Part shown: one piece after another, positions 11,600-28,685 of the stretch
Layout: every line of letters begins with the position of its first letter
Position numbering within the stretch: position 1 is the stretch's first letter
Source: the human T2T-CHM13v2.0 reference genome, Homo sapiens
DNA length: 64,000 bases
Strand: one strand, 5' to 3'
Assembly: GCF_009914755.1 (NCBI RefSeq)
Contig: NC_060940.1
The notes under the pieces: generated by a model
Told to the model about the DNA's origin: nothing
Seen by the model: the letters and a program-made list of their open reading frames with translations, nothing else
Database searches by the model: none
Translations under genes and position numbers: made by a program

Positions 11600-11765
11600 G
11601 AGTCTGTGAAAAGAGCACAGGGCTTTGAAGCCAACTGGAGCTGGGTTTAATCCCAGCTCTGCAATGACCAGCTGCATGACCTTGGGCAAGTCAATTAACC
11701 TCCCTGAGCCTGGATTGTTTATCTGCCTGGAATTATGGAGACAATCGTATTTGCTTTCACAGTGG
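11600..11765 (+). mobile_element. MIR
   Basis: GGGTTTAATCCCAGCTCTGC...GACCTTGGGCAAGTCAATTAACCTCCCTGAGCCT core. Confidence 0.8.
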
Positions 11766-12199
11766 GTCTCCCCACTAGGAGGAAACCTGGCTTGGTTTAT
11801 TTGTTTTCTTGAGGGTAGAAACTTTGAGAACCCCTTGGAGGTAGAGGAGAGTCCCCCACCTCCTGCCCCATGAGAAGACTGCTTGCAAGAACCGGTGTTG
11901 GCTGCCTGTGGCCAACGACAAACTTTTGTTTTGTGGCTGGAGTGAGCAGGTTGGGGGAAGAGCTACATGCTTGGAAAAATGGAGGGGATTTTTTGATGCT
12001 TGGTGCAGGGGAAGAAAAGGAGAGATGAACCTGCTGATGAAGGAGAGGGGACTGGATGCCTGCCCCCCGAGACATCATGCCCAGACTGTCTGAAACAGAC
12101 TGATCATCTCCCCTCCAGCCCCTTCCACTTCTTCCCTATCTTGGTTAGATCACTGCTCACCCTATTCCAAGCCAAAGGATAGCCGAGGGATCTCCCAGG

Positions 12200-12935
<736 letters not shown>

Positions 12936-13171
12936 CACCTTGACTCTATTTTCCCCTAACCACCCACTCCCACCCGCCTCTCCTAACCAGTCCCCGAGCC
13001 CAGCTGACTTTACCTCCTGCACAGTGGACCTGTCCCTGCCCTCACCCATTCTCCACTTAGGCCTTGTTGCTTTGCATCAATATGACTCCTGCAGCCTCCT
13101 GGTTGGCCTCCCCACCTCCATTCTTGCTCCACTTCATCTGTGCTCCACCCTGAACCCAGAGAGATCATCCC

Positions 13172-13530
13172 TGATGTGGTTTGGCTGTGTCCCCACCCAA
13201 ATCTCATCTTGAACTGTAGTTCCCATAATTCCCACGTGTCATGGGAGGGACCCAGTGGGAGGTAATTGAATCATGGGGGCGGGTCTTTCTCATGCTGTTC
13301 TCCTGATAGTGAGTCTCACGAGAGCTGATGGTTTTATGAAGAGCAGTTCCCCTGCACATGCTCTCTTGCCTGCCACCATGTAAGACATGACTTTGCTCCT
13401 CATTTGCCTTCCACCATGATTGTGAGGCCTCCCCAGCCATGTGGATCTGTGAGTCCATTAAACTTCTCTCTTTATAAATTACCCAGTCTCGGGTATGTCT
13501 TTACTAGCAGCATGAGAATGGACTGATACA
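13172..13530 (+). mobile_element. THE1B-like solo LTR inside an L2 remnant
   Basis: TGATGTGGTTTGGCTGTGTCCCCACCCAAATCTCATCTTG...GGACTGATACA; TSD ATCCC (13167-13171 / 13531-13535). Confidence 0.92.
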
Positions 13531-13987
13531 ATCCCCAAATGCAAACCCGACCGTGTTGCCCCTTGCTCCACACTCTTCAGTGGCTCCCTATTGCCTATAT
13601 GGTAAAATCCAAAGACTCTATAAAGCACTGAGACCCTCACAAAACTCTCCAGCTTCATCTCTCAACATTCCTCCTCTCCCTACTCCCAGTCTTCCCACCA
13701 TTTTGAGCTATGTGAAGTTCCCAGAATATGCCGCATCATCAGGCCTTTGCTTACGCTGTCCACTCCACCTGGAATGCCCTCCTCAAGTTGTCCACCAAGC
13801 AGACTCTTACTTATTTTCCAAGTCTCACTCAAATGTTGCCTTCCCCATGCCCACCCCACTCATCCCGACTCCCTGGGCAAATGTGGGTGCCCCTCCTGCA
13901 GAGCTGTTAACACACCCAGTCCATAGAGGTCAACACACCAAGTTAGAATCGTCTGATGAATACATTTCTCCACAAGATCACAAACTT

Positions 13988-14298
13988 GGCCAGACGTGGT
14001 GGCTCACGCCTGTAATCCCAGTGCTATGAGAGGCTGAAGCAGGAGGATTACTTGAGCCCAGGAGTTGGAGGCTAGCCTTGGCAACATAGCAAGACCCTAT
14101 CTCTAAAAAAATTTTTTTTTTTAATTAGCTGGTCGTGGTCGGGGGGATGGGGGTTGCCTATAATCCCAGCTACTCAGGAGGCTGAGATGGGAGTATCGCT
14201 TGAGCCCTGAAGGTCAAGGCTGCAGTGAGCCGTGATTACACCACTGCTCTCCAGCCTAGGCAACAAAGCAAGACCCAATCTCAAAAAAAAAAAAAAAA
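13988..14298 (+). mobile_element. AluJ
   Basis: GGCCAGACGTGGTGGCTCACGCCTGTAATCCC...poly-A. Confidence 0.92.
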
Positions 14299-14461
14299 GA
14301 GAGAGAAAGCCTTCATGAGGGCAAGGACTGAGTCTTTTTCCTTCAACTCCCCCAAACAAGCACAGTGCCCAGTTAGGCCTTCAGTGAATGTAGGTTGAGT
14401 AAATAAATAAAAGATGGAGGGGAAAAAAAAAGAATAAACAAGCTCTCCGTCCTTGGACAGC

Positions 14462-14506
14462 TGGGGATGGGGTGCATGGGGATGGGGTACATGGGGATGG
14501 GGTGCA
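14462..14506 (+). repeat. 15-bp tandem repeat x3 (TGGGGATGGGGTRCA), G-quadruplex-capable
   Basis: Six GGGG runs with 2-5 nt loops read directly. Confidence 0.85.
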
Positions 14507-15502
14507 TGGAGGCCAAATCCCACATTGTCTGTGTGTTGTGACAATTGTTCTATTTTTCTTCTTTTCTTTACTGTGATGATTGGATTTCCCACATCCTGGG
14601 GATGACAGATTGGCACATTTTGATCTGTGGCATGTGCTCTAATTTCTTGAATGCAGCTCTATTATTTGAAAGATCCCTCTGTCAAATGTACATACCTCAA
14701 TTAGGAGAGATTACTTCCCTTACCAGGAGGCTCATCGTTTTGGTTTCATTAAATAGAGAGTTCTTCCAATGCGTGAAGAATAGGATTAAATTTATAGAAA
14801 TTCAATTTACACTCAGCTTTTTAGGAACAAATGTCTTAAACAGCCAAGCCACTGCTCTGTCTGCCAGGCCTCCTGATGTTTTAGTTTATAGGCTTCCTTT
14901 ATTCCCTTCCTGCGTAATCCCAGCTTAACCCCTGATGACCTGAATCTGCTGCAGCGACCCTGGGCACCTGCCCACCAAATCTAAGTGTTTGCTTGGAATC
15001 ATCTGTCTCCATCTTCCTGAGTCCTATGATGCAGTTGACTGTCCCATTCTTCCTGAAACCCTCAAAATCCCTGGCTCTGTGGCCTTTTCCCACAATCCCT
15101 GCCCAACACACTCTTGCCCTTGAGCTTCCGGATGTGTTTGATCATTCGACTTCCCATGCAGCATCTCCACGTGGAGTTCTCAAAGCCAGATGAGCTCAGG
15201 AAGAGGAGCGACGTGCCCTCCACCCCAAAGTGGCTTCTCTTTTACATCCCAGGGAAAGGCGGCACAGTCAGCCTATTCTGCACAACCGCCTCCCTTGCTG
15301 ATACTGCAGATCCAATCCATCACAGACCATGTGGTACTGATCTCCTGAAGACATCTCAAATTCATCTGCCTCTCCCTCCCACATGTGTTATGCTCCTTGA
15401 GGTCTGGGACTGCCTGCTTTTGCTCATTACTATAGCCTTAGTACCTGGTCCGGTGCTTGGCATGTATTAGATGCTCAGTCAATATGCATTGGTCATTTTT
15501 TA

Positions 15503-15844
<342 letters not shown>

Positions 15845-16275
15845 TCACCCTGTGCCTATTCCTCCCACAACAGCAGAGGGTAGCAAGTCATTCTAGAATA
15901 GAACCTGGTTCTGGGGGAGGTCCTGATGGAAGCCTGTCATGGCCGTCCCATCCTTGTCTGCAGGGGCCGGCTCAGGGACCGAAGCTTAAGTCAGCATTCT
16001 CTGGATCCTATTACTGGGGAAGAACTTTTATCCTGTGGCTGGACCAAGGGCTCCCTTTCTTTCTCATGGATTAGATGATCACCACTGAGAGCCAGCTTGC
16101 CGCCACCAGTTTAGGGTGAAGCTGACACTGTAGACGCAGAGAAGAGTGATGGAACGATGGCCTCATCAGACCAATCACCAGCCCTCGGAGCTGCCCTGTT
16201 CTGGGTTTCATGAAATAAACTGCTGTATTGTTAGGCCAGTTAGTGCGAGGTTCTGTGTTACCTCCAACTATACAT

Positions 16276-16602
16276 TTTGTTTTGTTCTTTTTTGTTTGTT
16301 TGTTTTTGTGGGATTTTTTTTGAGAAAGGGTCTCGCTCTATCACCCAGGCTGGAGTGCAGTGGTGCAATCACGGTTCACTGCAGCCTCAAATTCCTGGGC
16401 TCAAGCCATCCTACCACCTCAGCCTCTCACGTAGATGGAAATATGGGAGTGCGCCACCAAACCCAGCTAATTTTTTATTTTTTATAGAGATGGGGTCTCG
16501 CCATATTGCCCAGGCTGTTCTCAAACTCCTGGGCTCAAGCTATTTGCCTGCCTCAGCCTCCCTAAGTGCTGGGATTACAGGCATGAGCCACCACACCTGG
16601 CC
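16276..16602 (-). mobile_element. AluJ
   Basis: T-rich tail then GAGAAAGGGTCTCGCTCTATCACCCAGGCTGGAGTGCAG...CCTGGCC. Confidence 0.92.
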
Positions 16603-17260
16603 CACCTGCAGCTCTAAGTATGCCACCTCACACACACAGCAGGCTTGCCCTCAAGGGTCACCTACACTTTTATCTGCCCTGTATCCTACCCCACATTTTT
16701 TCTAGAACCCATCATTGCTACTCCCACACTTCAACCTTGTGGTTCTCCCAGTCAGCCATGTTCTGGTGAGGTCCTGCCCTCCTGGCATAGCTGATTGGTC
16801 CAGTATGATTATCTGACTTATAACTGACCAATCAAAGTCTTCCTCTAGGAACCTGCACTTAGAACCACTGAAGTAGACCAGGAAAGAGCAGTTCAGATGA
16901 GAGTCTGAGCATTCTGACCACATGAGCACCTGGTTCCAGCTGTTCCTGAAGACCACCTGCACTCCTGTCCTTCCAGGAGTTTGGCAGTTCAAATGTTCTT
17001 TGTATTCCCTGAGATAGCACAGCTCCCTTTTCCTACAAATTTGTCCAAATTGGATTACCATCATTTGCCATCTAGTTTAGGGAGGATCTGCTGTTTTTCC
17101 TACCCATATTATAATGATTCCTGCATGCTTTTTGCCGGGAGAGACTCTCTGTCTACATGGATGCTTTGCAGCTGACCCACATCTGGGCTCCATGATGGGG
17201 ACATGACTCAGGTCTAGCCAGTCAGAGTGCCATGTCCCTCCAACTCCAGTCATTGGTTCA

Positions 17261-17712
<452 letters not shown>

Positions 17713-17899
17713 TCATTTGTACTACTACAATTTTTTTAGAAGAACATAATGGGGATATATCTAATGGAGACTGGAAATACAGCCCAGGGGCTCTTGACGA
17801 GGTCAAGGCTAGAGATAGAGTCAACAGGGAGAAATGAAATTGTGAGGGTACATATGATTTCTGAAAGAAAAAGTAGCGAATAGAAGATGGAACTAGGAA

Positions 17900-18690
<791 letters not shown>

Positions 18691-19213
18691 TTATCTTCAG
18701 CTTTTCTTGTCAAACATGTCCTTTTCTAGCTCTCTGCCTTTGCACAAGTTGTTCCTTCCACCTGGAATGTCCCGGGGACATCCAAGAAATACTATTTATC
18801 AAATAAAACAAGTAAACAGAAAATTCTGAGTCCCCACTTGCTCCCTGATGAAGAACCCAGATGCTGAAACACCCACTATCATTCCTAGCGCAACAGTGCT
18901 TTTAGAGTTTCAGAGAACTTTTCTTTTCCTCTTCTTCCCTTTTTTTCTTTTCTTTTCTTTTTTTTTCTCCTCCCTACCAAAATATCACATCTCCTGGGCA
19001 ATTCCTTGGATTGTTGTAAGAGAATAATGTGCTCTTGGCAGCCTGGATGTTGTTAAAACACCCCCTGGCACCGCACACTCAGAGCCTCCCAGCCCTTCGC
19101 TGGCCCAAGGGCCACCAGGCAGCGGGGAGCAAAGCAGGAAATTCAGAGAGCGCTGAGCCTGCAGGAGGGTGGCCGCCCCCAGGAGGTTTCATCCCCAACC
19201 CAACAGTCTTTAC

Positions 19214-19400
19214 CTCGGAGATGCTGATGCTCCTATCGCTGGGTTTCCAGCCCCTGTTGGTGCTGGCAGGGACTGCCCCTCATCATGGCGCTGCTCACTG
19301 ACTCAGCTGCCTCCCCCACGCAGCCCCCACACCCCAGGGGGTGCGTTCAACCCTGCCCACGTGGGCCCCGGGCCAGGACGCTTCCCCCGCCCCTCTCCTC
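19214..19400 (-). promoter_or_regulatory. GSG1L: Candidate alternative promoter / non-coding first exon of a short GSG1L isoform
   Basis: Locally GC/CpG-rich unique sequence. Minus-strand donor CCGAG|GTAAAG at 19214/19213; GC box 19385-19392; palindrome GCCCACGTGGGC 19355-19366; TGACTCAGC 19299-19307. Upstream boundary is a guess. Confidence 0.5.
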
Positions 19401-19479
19401 ACAGCAGGGCCCAGCTCTGCTCTTTCAGAAGTGATGGGAGATGGGCCAGAGCTTGGAGGTGGGGATGCTCCGGAAGTAA

Positions 19480-20001
<522 letters not shown>

Positions 20002-20002
20002 T

Positions 20003-20075
20003 AGATAGATATAGATATAGATATAGATATAGATATAGATATAGATATAGATATAGATAGATATACAGATATATA
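20003..20075. repeat. (AGATAT)n hexanucleotide microsatellite
   Basis: Direct reading. Confidence 0.9.
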
Positions 20076-20077
20076 GA

Positions 20078-20362
20078 TTTTTTTTGAGACAGGATCTTGC
20101 TCTTTGTCCAGGCTGGAGAGCAGTGGCATGATCATAGTTCACTGCAGCCACTAACTCCTGGGCTCAGGCCATCCTCCTGCCTCAGCCTCTGTAGTAGTTG
20201 TGACTAAAGGTAAGTGCCACCATGCCCAGCTAATTTTTTTATTTTTTATTTTTGTAGAGACAGGGTCTCACTATGTTGCTCAGGCTGGTCTCGAACTCTC
20301 AGCCTCAAGTGATCCTCCCGCCTCGGCCTCCCAAAGCGCTGAAATTATAGGTGTGCCCAGCC
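20078..20362 (-). mobile_element. AluJ
   Basis: TTTTGAGACAGGATCTTGCTC...CCCAGCC. Confidence 0.9.
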
Positions 20363-20559
20363 GAGTTGTGCTTTTCCAGCTAGATTGCTAGATTTATTTC
20401 CTTATCTTCTTACTGGGCTCGGGAGCATCCGTCTGAGAGTTTCAGCCCACTCCAGCCAAGGAAATTAATAACAATAACGATTGTTCTTGTCGTTATAATT
20501 GTCACAATAAGGGCTGACAGTTATGAGGTCTTTATTATGTGCCAAGTCAAAAAGGAGGA

Positions 20560-20944
20560 TGTTGATGTCCCGCCCAATCTCCTAGGCTCTCTTTTTAGAG
20601 TTTCTGTCTTTGGAGGATTGTCTTTGGGCAACCAGAGCCCATTTTTTCTATCTTTGTTCAGAAAATGGGAACTTATATTTCTCTCTTAGCCGCCATCAAT
20701 GCATGACTGACCAGCAGGGTCCTGTCCTGTGGCTCTGGCTAAGACAACTCTGAGCTGTGACCCACACTACAAAGCCCCCATGGGGTCAGACTGGCCTGAC
20801 AGCACCCCTTGCTTTCTGTTCTCCCTTCCCTGTCCTACAGCTTCAATTCCCTTACCAGTCTCCCCAGGGAGCATTTCCTTCACCAATGACTTTGCACCCA
20901 AATCCTCATCCTATGCTGCGCCTCTAGATAATCTGATCTTAGAC
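20560..20944 (+). mobile_element. LTR33-like (ERVL) LTR
   Basis: GACAACTCTGAGCTGTGACCCACACT...TTGCACCCAAATCCTCATC...ATCTTAGAC. Confidence 0.6.
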
Positions 20945-21379
20945 GCAAAAATTTATGTGGATTATATCCCCGAATCTTCCTAACAGCCTGCAAGGTAGCA
21001 ACGTATCACCCGTTTTGCAGACAACAAAACTCAGCTTCTGAGGGATTAAGCAACTGCTCTATACACCTAGGTAGTGGCATAGTCTAGATTCAAACTCATG
21101 CCTCTCTGCCTCCAGGAACCATGGTCAGCAAGGAGGCTGTCGTCAGGACAGAGTGGCCACTTGGAGACCATATTCTCCCTCTGTTAGCAGGTTGTTGCCA
21201 CCGGTCTGGCTGTGGGGCGTGGGATTCCCTAGTCAAGGCTCTTATTCAAGATATTCTCCGGAGTCCCAAGCAATTCTGGAACCAGGTGTCCAGAAGAGGA
21301 CGGCCGCTGAGTGGGATGGAATGGCCCTTCGGTTCTCAGGGATGCCATACCAGCCAGCCACCAGGCATGATGGGGAAGG

Positions 21380-21990
21380 AGGTCACAGGGTAGAGAAGGC
21401 AATCTGGAGGATTCTTGGAAGCCAGGTTGGGGAAGCTGGACTTGACCTGAGTTCAGGGGCAGGTGAGGGGCTTAGCCAGGGAACTCTGTATGCTGAGAGG
21501 AGAGTGAAGAATGGATGGACAGGATGGAAAGAGTTCTTGGAGGCTTCCGCTGCACTCCATGCAAAAGATGACGGTGGCCTGGACTGTGGCCACAGTGGGA
21601 ATGAGGACAAGTAGATAAACTGATAACCCCTGAGGGGTGGACTCAGTGGGCTGTGCACCTATGAACCTGGTGGCAAAGGAGAGGGAGGAGGCCACACTGG
21701 TGCCATGTTCCTAGCTTGGACACGTGAGCAGATGATGGCATTCTTCACTGAGTGTGGAACAGTGCTAAAGCAAGAGGACAATGACATGCAGAGCCTACAT
21801 GAGCCGTGGAACATCCAGAAGGAATGTCCATGAGCTGGAGCTCAGACAGGTGGGGGGCACTGGCAAGACTCAGCACTCCCTGTGTATCTGCTGTGATTGT
21901 CAGAAGGTAGTTGGAGTCAACAGGATGCCTCTGAACACATGTGGGAAGTGGGATTCCAGGGGACATCAATACTTAAGGGGAGGGAGCAGT
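21380..21990. mobile_element. L2 remnant
   Basis: AGATGACGGTGGCCTGGACTGTGG..GTGGGAATGAGGACAAGTAG, typical of L2. Confidence 0.6.
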
Positions 21991-22527
21991 GGCAGGGGGC
22001 TGTGAAAGTGCGGCAGACACAGCCGGTGCGGTGCTCCCAGCCTGCCCACGGCCCTTGGGGGCACATTTCCACCTGCTGGCGCCTGTGTCTCTCTGCTTGG
22101 GGGCTTGCCCTGGCCACAAGAGCCCACCTCCACCCAGCTTTGAGACAGGCTGGACATGCCAGGGGACGTACACCAACCTGCCCCCATCCCCAGAAGCAGC
22201 CCTCCCCCCGTGCCAAGTGTAAGCTGGTGAATAAGTCCCAGAAGCTGGGTGCCACTGGGGGCTGTGAGCTACGCATTCCTGTTTCCCACCAGGGGACGAG
22301 TGCTTTAAAGTGGTGTTGAATCACAACGTTAAACTGTCAGAACCAAAGAGTGAAAAAGTGATTCTCTTTTCCCTGATTTTTAGCATTCTTATTACCTCAA
22401 TCAAAAGAATCTCTGTGTGGTGCTAATAGGGCCTTAACACCTTTCTAACACTTGTCAATTTTTTAAAGCAAAGACAAGGCCGGCCTCAGACTCAGAATCT
22501 TCCATAGTTTCTAGCCATACTGTGTAA

Positions 22528-22856
22528 CTTTTTTTTTATTATTTGTTATTATTAATTATTCATTTTTGAGACAAAGTCTTGCTTTATCACCCAGGCTGGA
22601 GTGCATTGTGCAGTGGCTGGATCATGGCTCACTGCAGCCTTAACCTCCTGAGCTCAAGCGATCCTACCGCTTCATCTTCCCAAGTAGCTGGAACTACAGG
22701 CACTCACCACCACAACCCACTAATTTTTAATTGTTTTGTAGAGACAGGGTCTCACTATTTTGCTCAGGCTGGTCTGAAACTCCTGGGCTCAAGCGATCCT
22801 CCTGCCTCAGCCTCCCAAAGCACTGGAATTACAAGCGTGAGCCACCGTGACTGGCC
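22528..22856 (-). mobile_element. AluJ
   Basis: Antisense dimeric Alu. Confidence 0.9.
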
Positions 22857-22966
22857 TCAGATTCTCTTAACCCTTCTCACTTCTCTGTAAGGAGTTCTTT
22901 CATTCAAGTGTCTTCACTTGAACTATTTGGGGGATTCTGTTTTCTGCAGGTACCGTCAGTGACAGA

Positions 22967-22997
<31 letters not shown>

Positions 22998-23038
22998 TGC
23001 AAGGGACTCTGATTTCCAGTGAGAGTGGTGATCTAAGC

Positions 23039-23219
23039 CAGTGGTCTCAGCACACACTGAGTGCCCCACCAGCACCACCGGACTCACCTGGGCACTTGTG
23101 GTGCAAATTCTCCGGCCCCAGCCCAGACCTGTGGAATCAGAAACTCTGAGAGTAAAAATCATTCTGTTTGAATGGGCCCTACAGGTGATGTTGATATGCA
23201 GTCCAATTTGAGAACCAGG
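23039..23219 (+). mobile_element. MER5A
   Basis: CAGTGGTCTCA...GCAAATTCTCCGGCCCCAGCCCAGACCT..GAATCAGAAACTCTG...TTTGAGAACCA. Confidence 0.8.
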
Positions 23220-23259
23220 AATCTAAAGTCCCATTTTTAAACGTACATGTAAAAAATGA

Positions 23260-23557
23260 GGCCGAATGCAGTAGCTCAAGCCTCTAATCCCAGCGCTTTG
23301 AGAGGCCGAGCTGGGAGGATCACTTAAGCCCAGGAGTTCGAGACCAGCCTGGGCAATATAGGGAGACCTCATCTCTACAAAAATTTTAAAAATTAGCCAG
23401 GCATGGTGGCGCGTGCCTGTAGCCCCAGCTACTTGGGAGGTTGAGGTGGGAGGGATCACTGGAGCCCAGGAGGTTGCGGCTGCAATTAGCTACGATCCTG
23501 TCGCTGCACTCTAGCCTGGACAACAGAAGCGAGACCCTGTCTCAAAAATAAAAAAAA
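23260..23557 (+). mobile_element. AluJ
   Basis: Dimeric Alu with A tail. Confidence 0.9.
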
Positions 23558-23568
23558 TGAGTCACCTT

Positions 23569-23912
<344 letters not shown>

Positions 23913-24659
23913 CTAAGTCAATGCTAGGAAAGAAAAGTAGGTGTTGGCATCAGGCAAATAAAAGGTGGTATGGGAATAATTAAACATTCGGGAACCAATG
24001 CAGAATGCCTGGCCTGTGATGAACACTCACTTTTCTTCTTAGTGCTGTGGAATGCAAGCTCGCGGAAGGACAGGAAGTCAGAACAGACCAGTCTCTCAGC
24101 AGGCCCGGCAGAGCCTCGCCTTAGTGATGCCGGGAAAGCCTCCATAATGGTGGGGATGATTGTCCCAAGTCTCCGAAACTTGCGCTAATGGTTCAATTTG
24201 CGGCAGAGAACAGGTGACCTCCAGGGGGCAGAAGGAATGAAATGATTTCTCATCAGGTGTGGGGCCAGGAGTTGACAACTGATCCTGTTAGCTGCACTCT
24301 TTGCCTTTTTAAAAAACAGCTTTGTGATGCCAACTCTGACCCTTCATTGCTGGGATTGATGGGTTTGCAGAAATGATTTCCCATTTGCCTTGGATCCCTC
24401 CCTTGCTGAGAGAGCTTCCAGGGCCAGATCCTTGACTGAGTGAAAAAACATAGGTGGGAACTGTGTCTCGGCTGTGTGACATTGAGTGGTCCTCTGCCCG
24501 TAGGGTTCCTCATTCCTAAAATGGGCATAATTGACTTGTTGCACGCAGTAAATGAGACAATACCTGTAAATCACACAAGCCCGACATTTGGAAAGAGTTG
24601 AAGAAAGTTAAGTATGACTATTTCTTGCTAATAAGTGTCATTATTCACAACTATAATAA

Positions 24660-25138
<479 letters not shown>

Positions 25139-26179
25139 AGCAATTGTAATAAGAGGTGGTAAGGCACTGAGAAAGATTGAGGACCTGGACCAGGTGACCT
25201 TAGCTCCATCAATAACTAGATGTGAGACTGGGAAAAGGATACATCGCCATTGAACCTCAGTCTTCTCATCTGCAAATTGGGCATACATGAAGCAGCCAGC
25301 CCATGGACTGTTGTGAGGATTAAGTGAGTTAATTAATGAGTAAGTGCTTAGGACAACACCTGTCCTGTCTAAGGTGCCCATTAGCTGTTACCGTTGTTGT
25401 TATTCCTAAAGGGAAGTAGCCAAGGAGGATTAGGAAACCGGAACAAGTGCATTATCAGCCACTGGACAAATAAAACCTTTATGAGGATCAGAGGGGAATT
25501 GTTGCAAAGTCATATGAAGTCTCAAGACACAGTGGCCTTTCAAGAGAAAACACCTTTTTTCTCAAAAAATCCATCAGTTTAATACATCAAATCAATAAGG
25601 CACGGCGCAGTGGCCGCTGGCTGTGAGATGGGTGACAGGCCCCCTGATACCGAGCATGTTGAATCATGTAGATGATGTGGACTGGGACCTCGGGGGCTGG
25701 CAACGTCTCTGTGGCAGCTGCTGTTTGCAAAATGTCAATATGGGAAGCTCAGAGGCAGGGATGTACCGGCGCTGGGAGGAAAAGGCCAGAGGCCATGCAG
25801 AGCTGTAGGGAGGGACTTCTGGGGTCACTGAGCCCCCAGCCCTTGTTCTACAGATGAGAAATCTCAATGCAAAAAGGAGTCAGGACTTTCCCATGTCACA
25901 GAGTAAGTCAGGAGCAGAGTCGGGTGGGAGGCACTGTTCCACCTCCCAGGCTATTTCCTGTTGTGTGTCTGGGGGCAAGGTTGGTTCTATTAGAGGCATG
26001 AGGATTGAGGTTCGAGGGGGAAAGGGCTGTCTGGAAGAGAGAACTACAGTGAGACCAACAGATGGTGGCTCCACTGTACATCAGCAGCCCTGAGTTCAAA
26101 CCCTGATGCTACAAACCTCGGGAAGGTCCCTTTGCTGCTGTGAGCCTCAGTTTCCCTCTCCGCAGAGTGAGTAGATTCT

Positions 26180-26330
26180 CAAACAAGCTGCCAACAGGCT
26201 GAATCCAGCCCACAGAAATGTCTTGTTTGGCCCACACAGTATTTTAAAAATATCTGAATTCATTATCAACATTTAAAAATAGGAGGCTTCACATTAAAAA
26301 AATCCAGATTTCTGGATTCGTTTGCAAAAT
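26180..26330 (+). mobile_element. MER102-like (hAT-Charlie) fragment; related copies at ~29860-30060 (+) and ~35950-36140 (-)
   Basis: CAACATTTAAAAATAGGAGGCTTCACATT..ATCCAGATTTCTGG. Confidence 0.6.
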
Positions 26331-27390
26331 GGGCAAATGCACAATACTGGAACTGCATCATCACGTGATGATGGCTGTGGGGCTGAGCTGGGGCTGCCCT
26401 CCTCAGACAGGGGACACGGATCCCACCCGGTGCCCCTCAACCCTTCATGCGTCTTGCCGGGCTCTCAAGAGCATTCGAGTTTCCAGCCTTGTCTCCCTAT
26501 ACGACGAAATCAGTCATTTCTATCTCCGATACTGCAGCCGTGCAACATTTTAAGACCCTGTATGGACCCCTGATATCTACAGATAGGGGTGAAATATCCT
26601 GCAAACCTTTCCCCATGGTCCAGGGTTCTAACAAACACCACACAATCCCATAACTCAATTTTCAGAGTTAGAGGAAAAGGAAAGACATTCAGCTCAGACG
26701 CCTGAATTGACTTTCTAAGCCAAGGGCATGGATCTGACAGCTGTTCCCGAAAGTTCTCTTGTCCAGCCAGCCCCAAATCCTTTCCAAAAAGTCCCAGAGA
26801 GGGCGAGTGAGTTGCCCAAGGTCACGACGCTCACTCGGAATCTTCCTTTAATAAGTCCGGAAAGCTTTTATGCTTTGACTCCAGGTCATAGTAGAGACCC
26901 TCAGTGGATACTTTAGTGGGATGGGCAAAAAGGTAGGGCAACAGAGCACGTGGGGATGTGATTCCATTCCAATGCCAATCGGCATGCTACCGTGGAAACA
27001 CAGGCCTGGAGAGGACTGTTTTCTGCATAACCATCTTGTCTAGAGTCTCAATCCTCAAAGGGAGGTCTACAAACCAGCAGCGTCAGCATTCCCTGGGACC
27101 CTGGAGAAAATATAGAATCTCTGGCCCCTCCCAGACCTACTGACTGAAGACCTGCATTGTCATCAGGTCCCTAGCTGACTCCAAAGCACATAGGAGTGTA
27201 AGGAGCACTGGCCTAGCGGGTCACTCCAATGGGTGGGGCATGCTGGAGGCGTGCGGGAAATGAGATGTTCAGCCTGCAGCTGTACTTCCTTCTGGTGGGT
27301 GCTCAGGGTGGAGATGGGCAGGACTGCTTGGGAACCATGTGTCAAGGGCATTGAATGCTGCACTAAGACATTTGAATGTGACTAAGCCCC

Positions 27391-28685
<1,295 letters not shown>

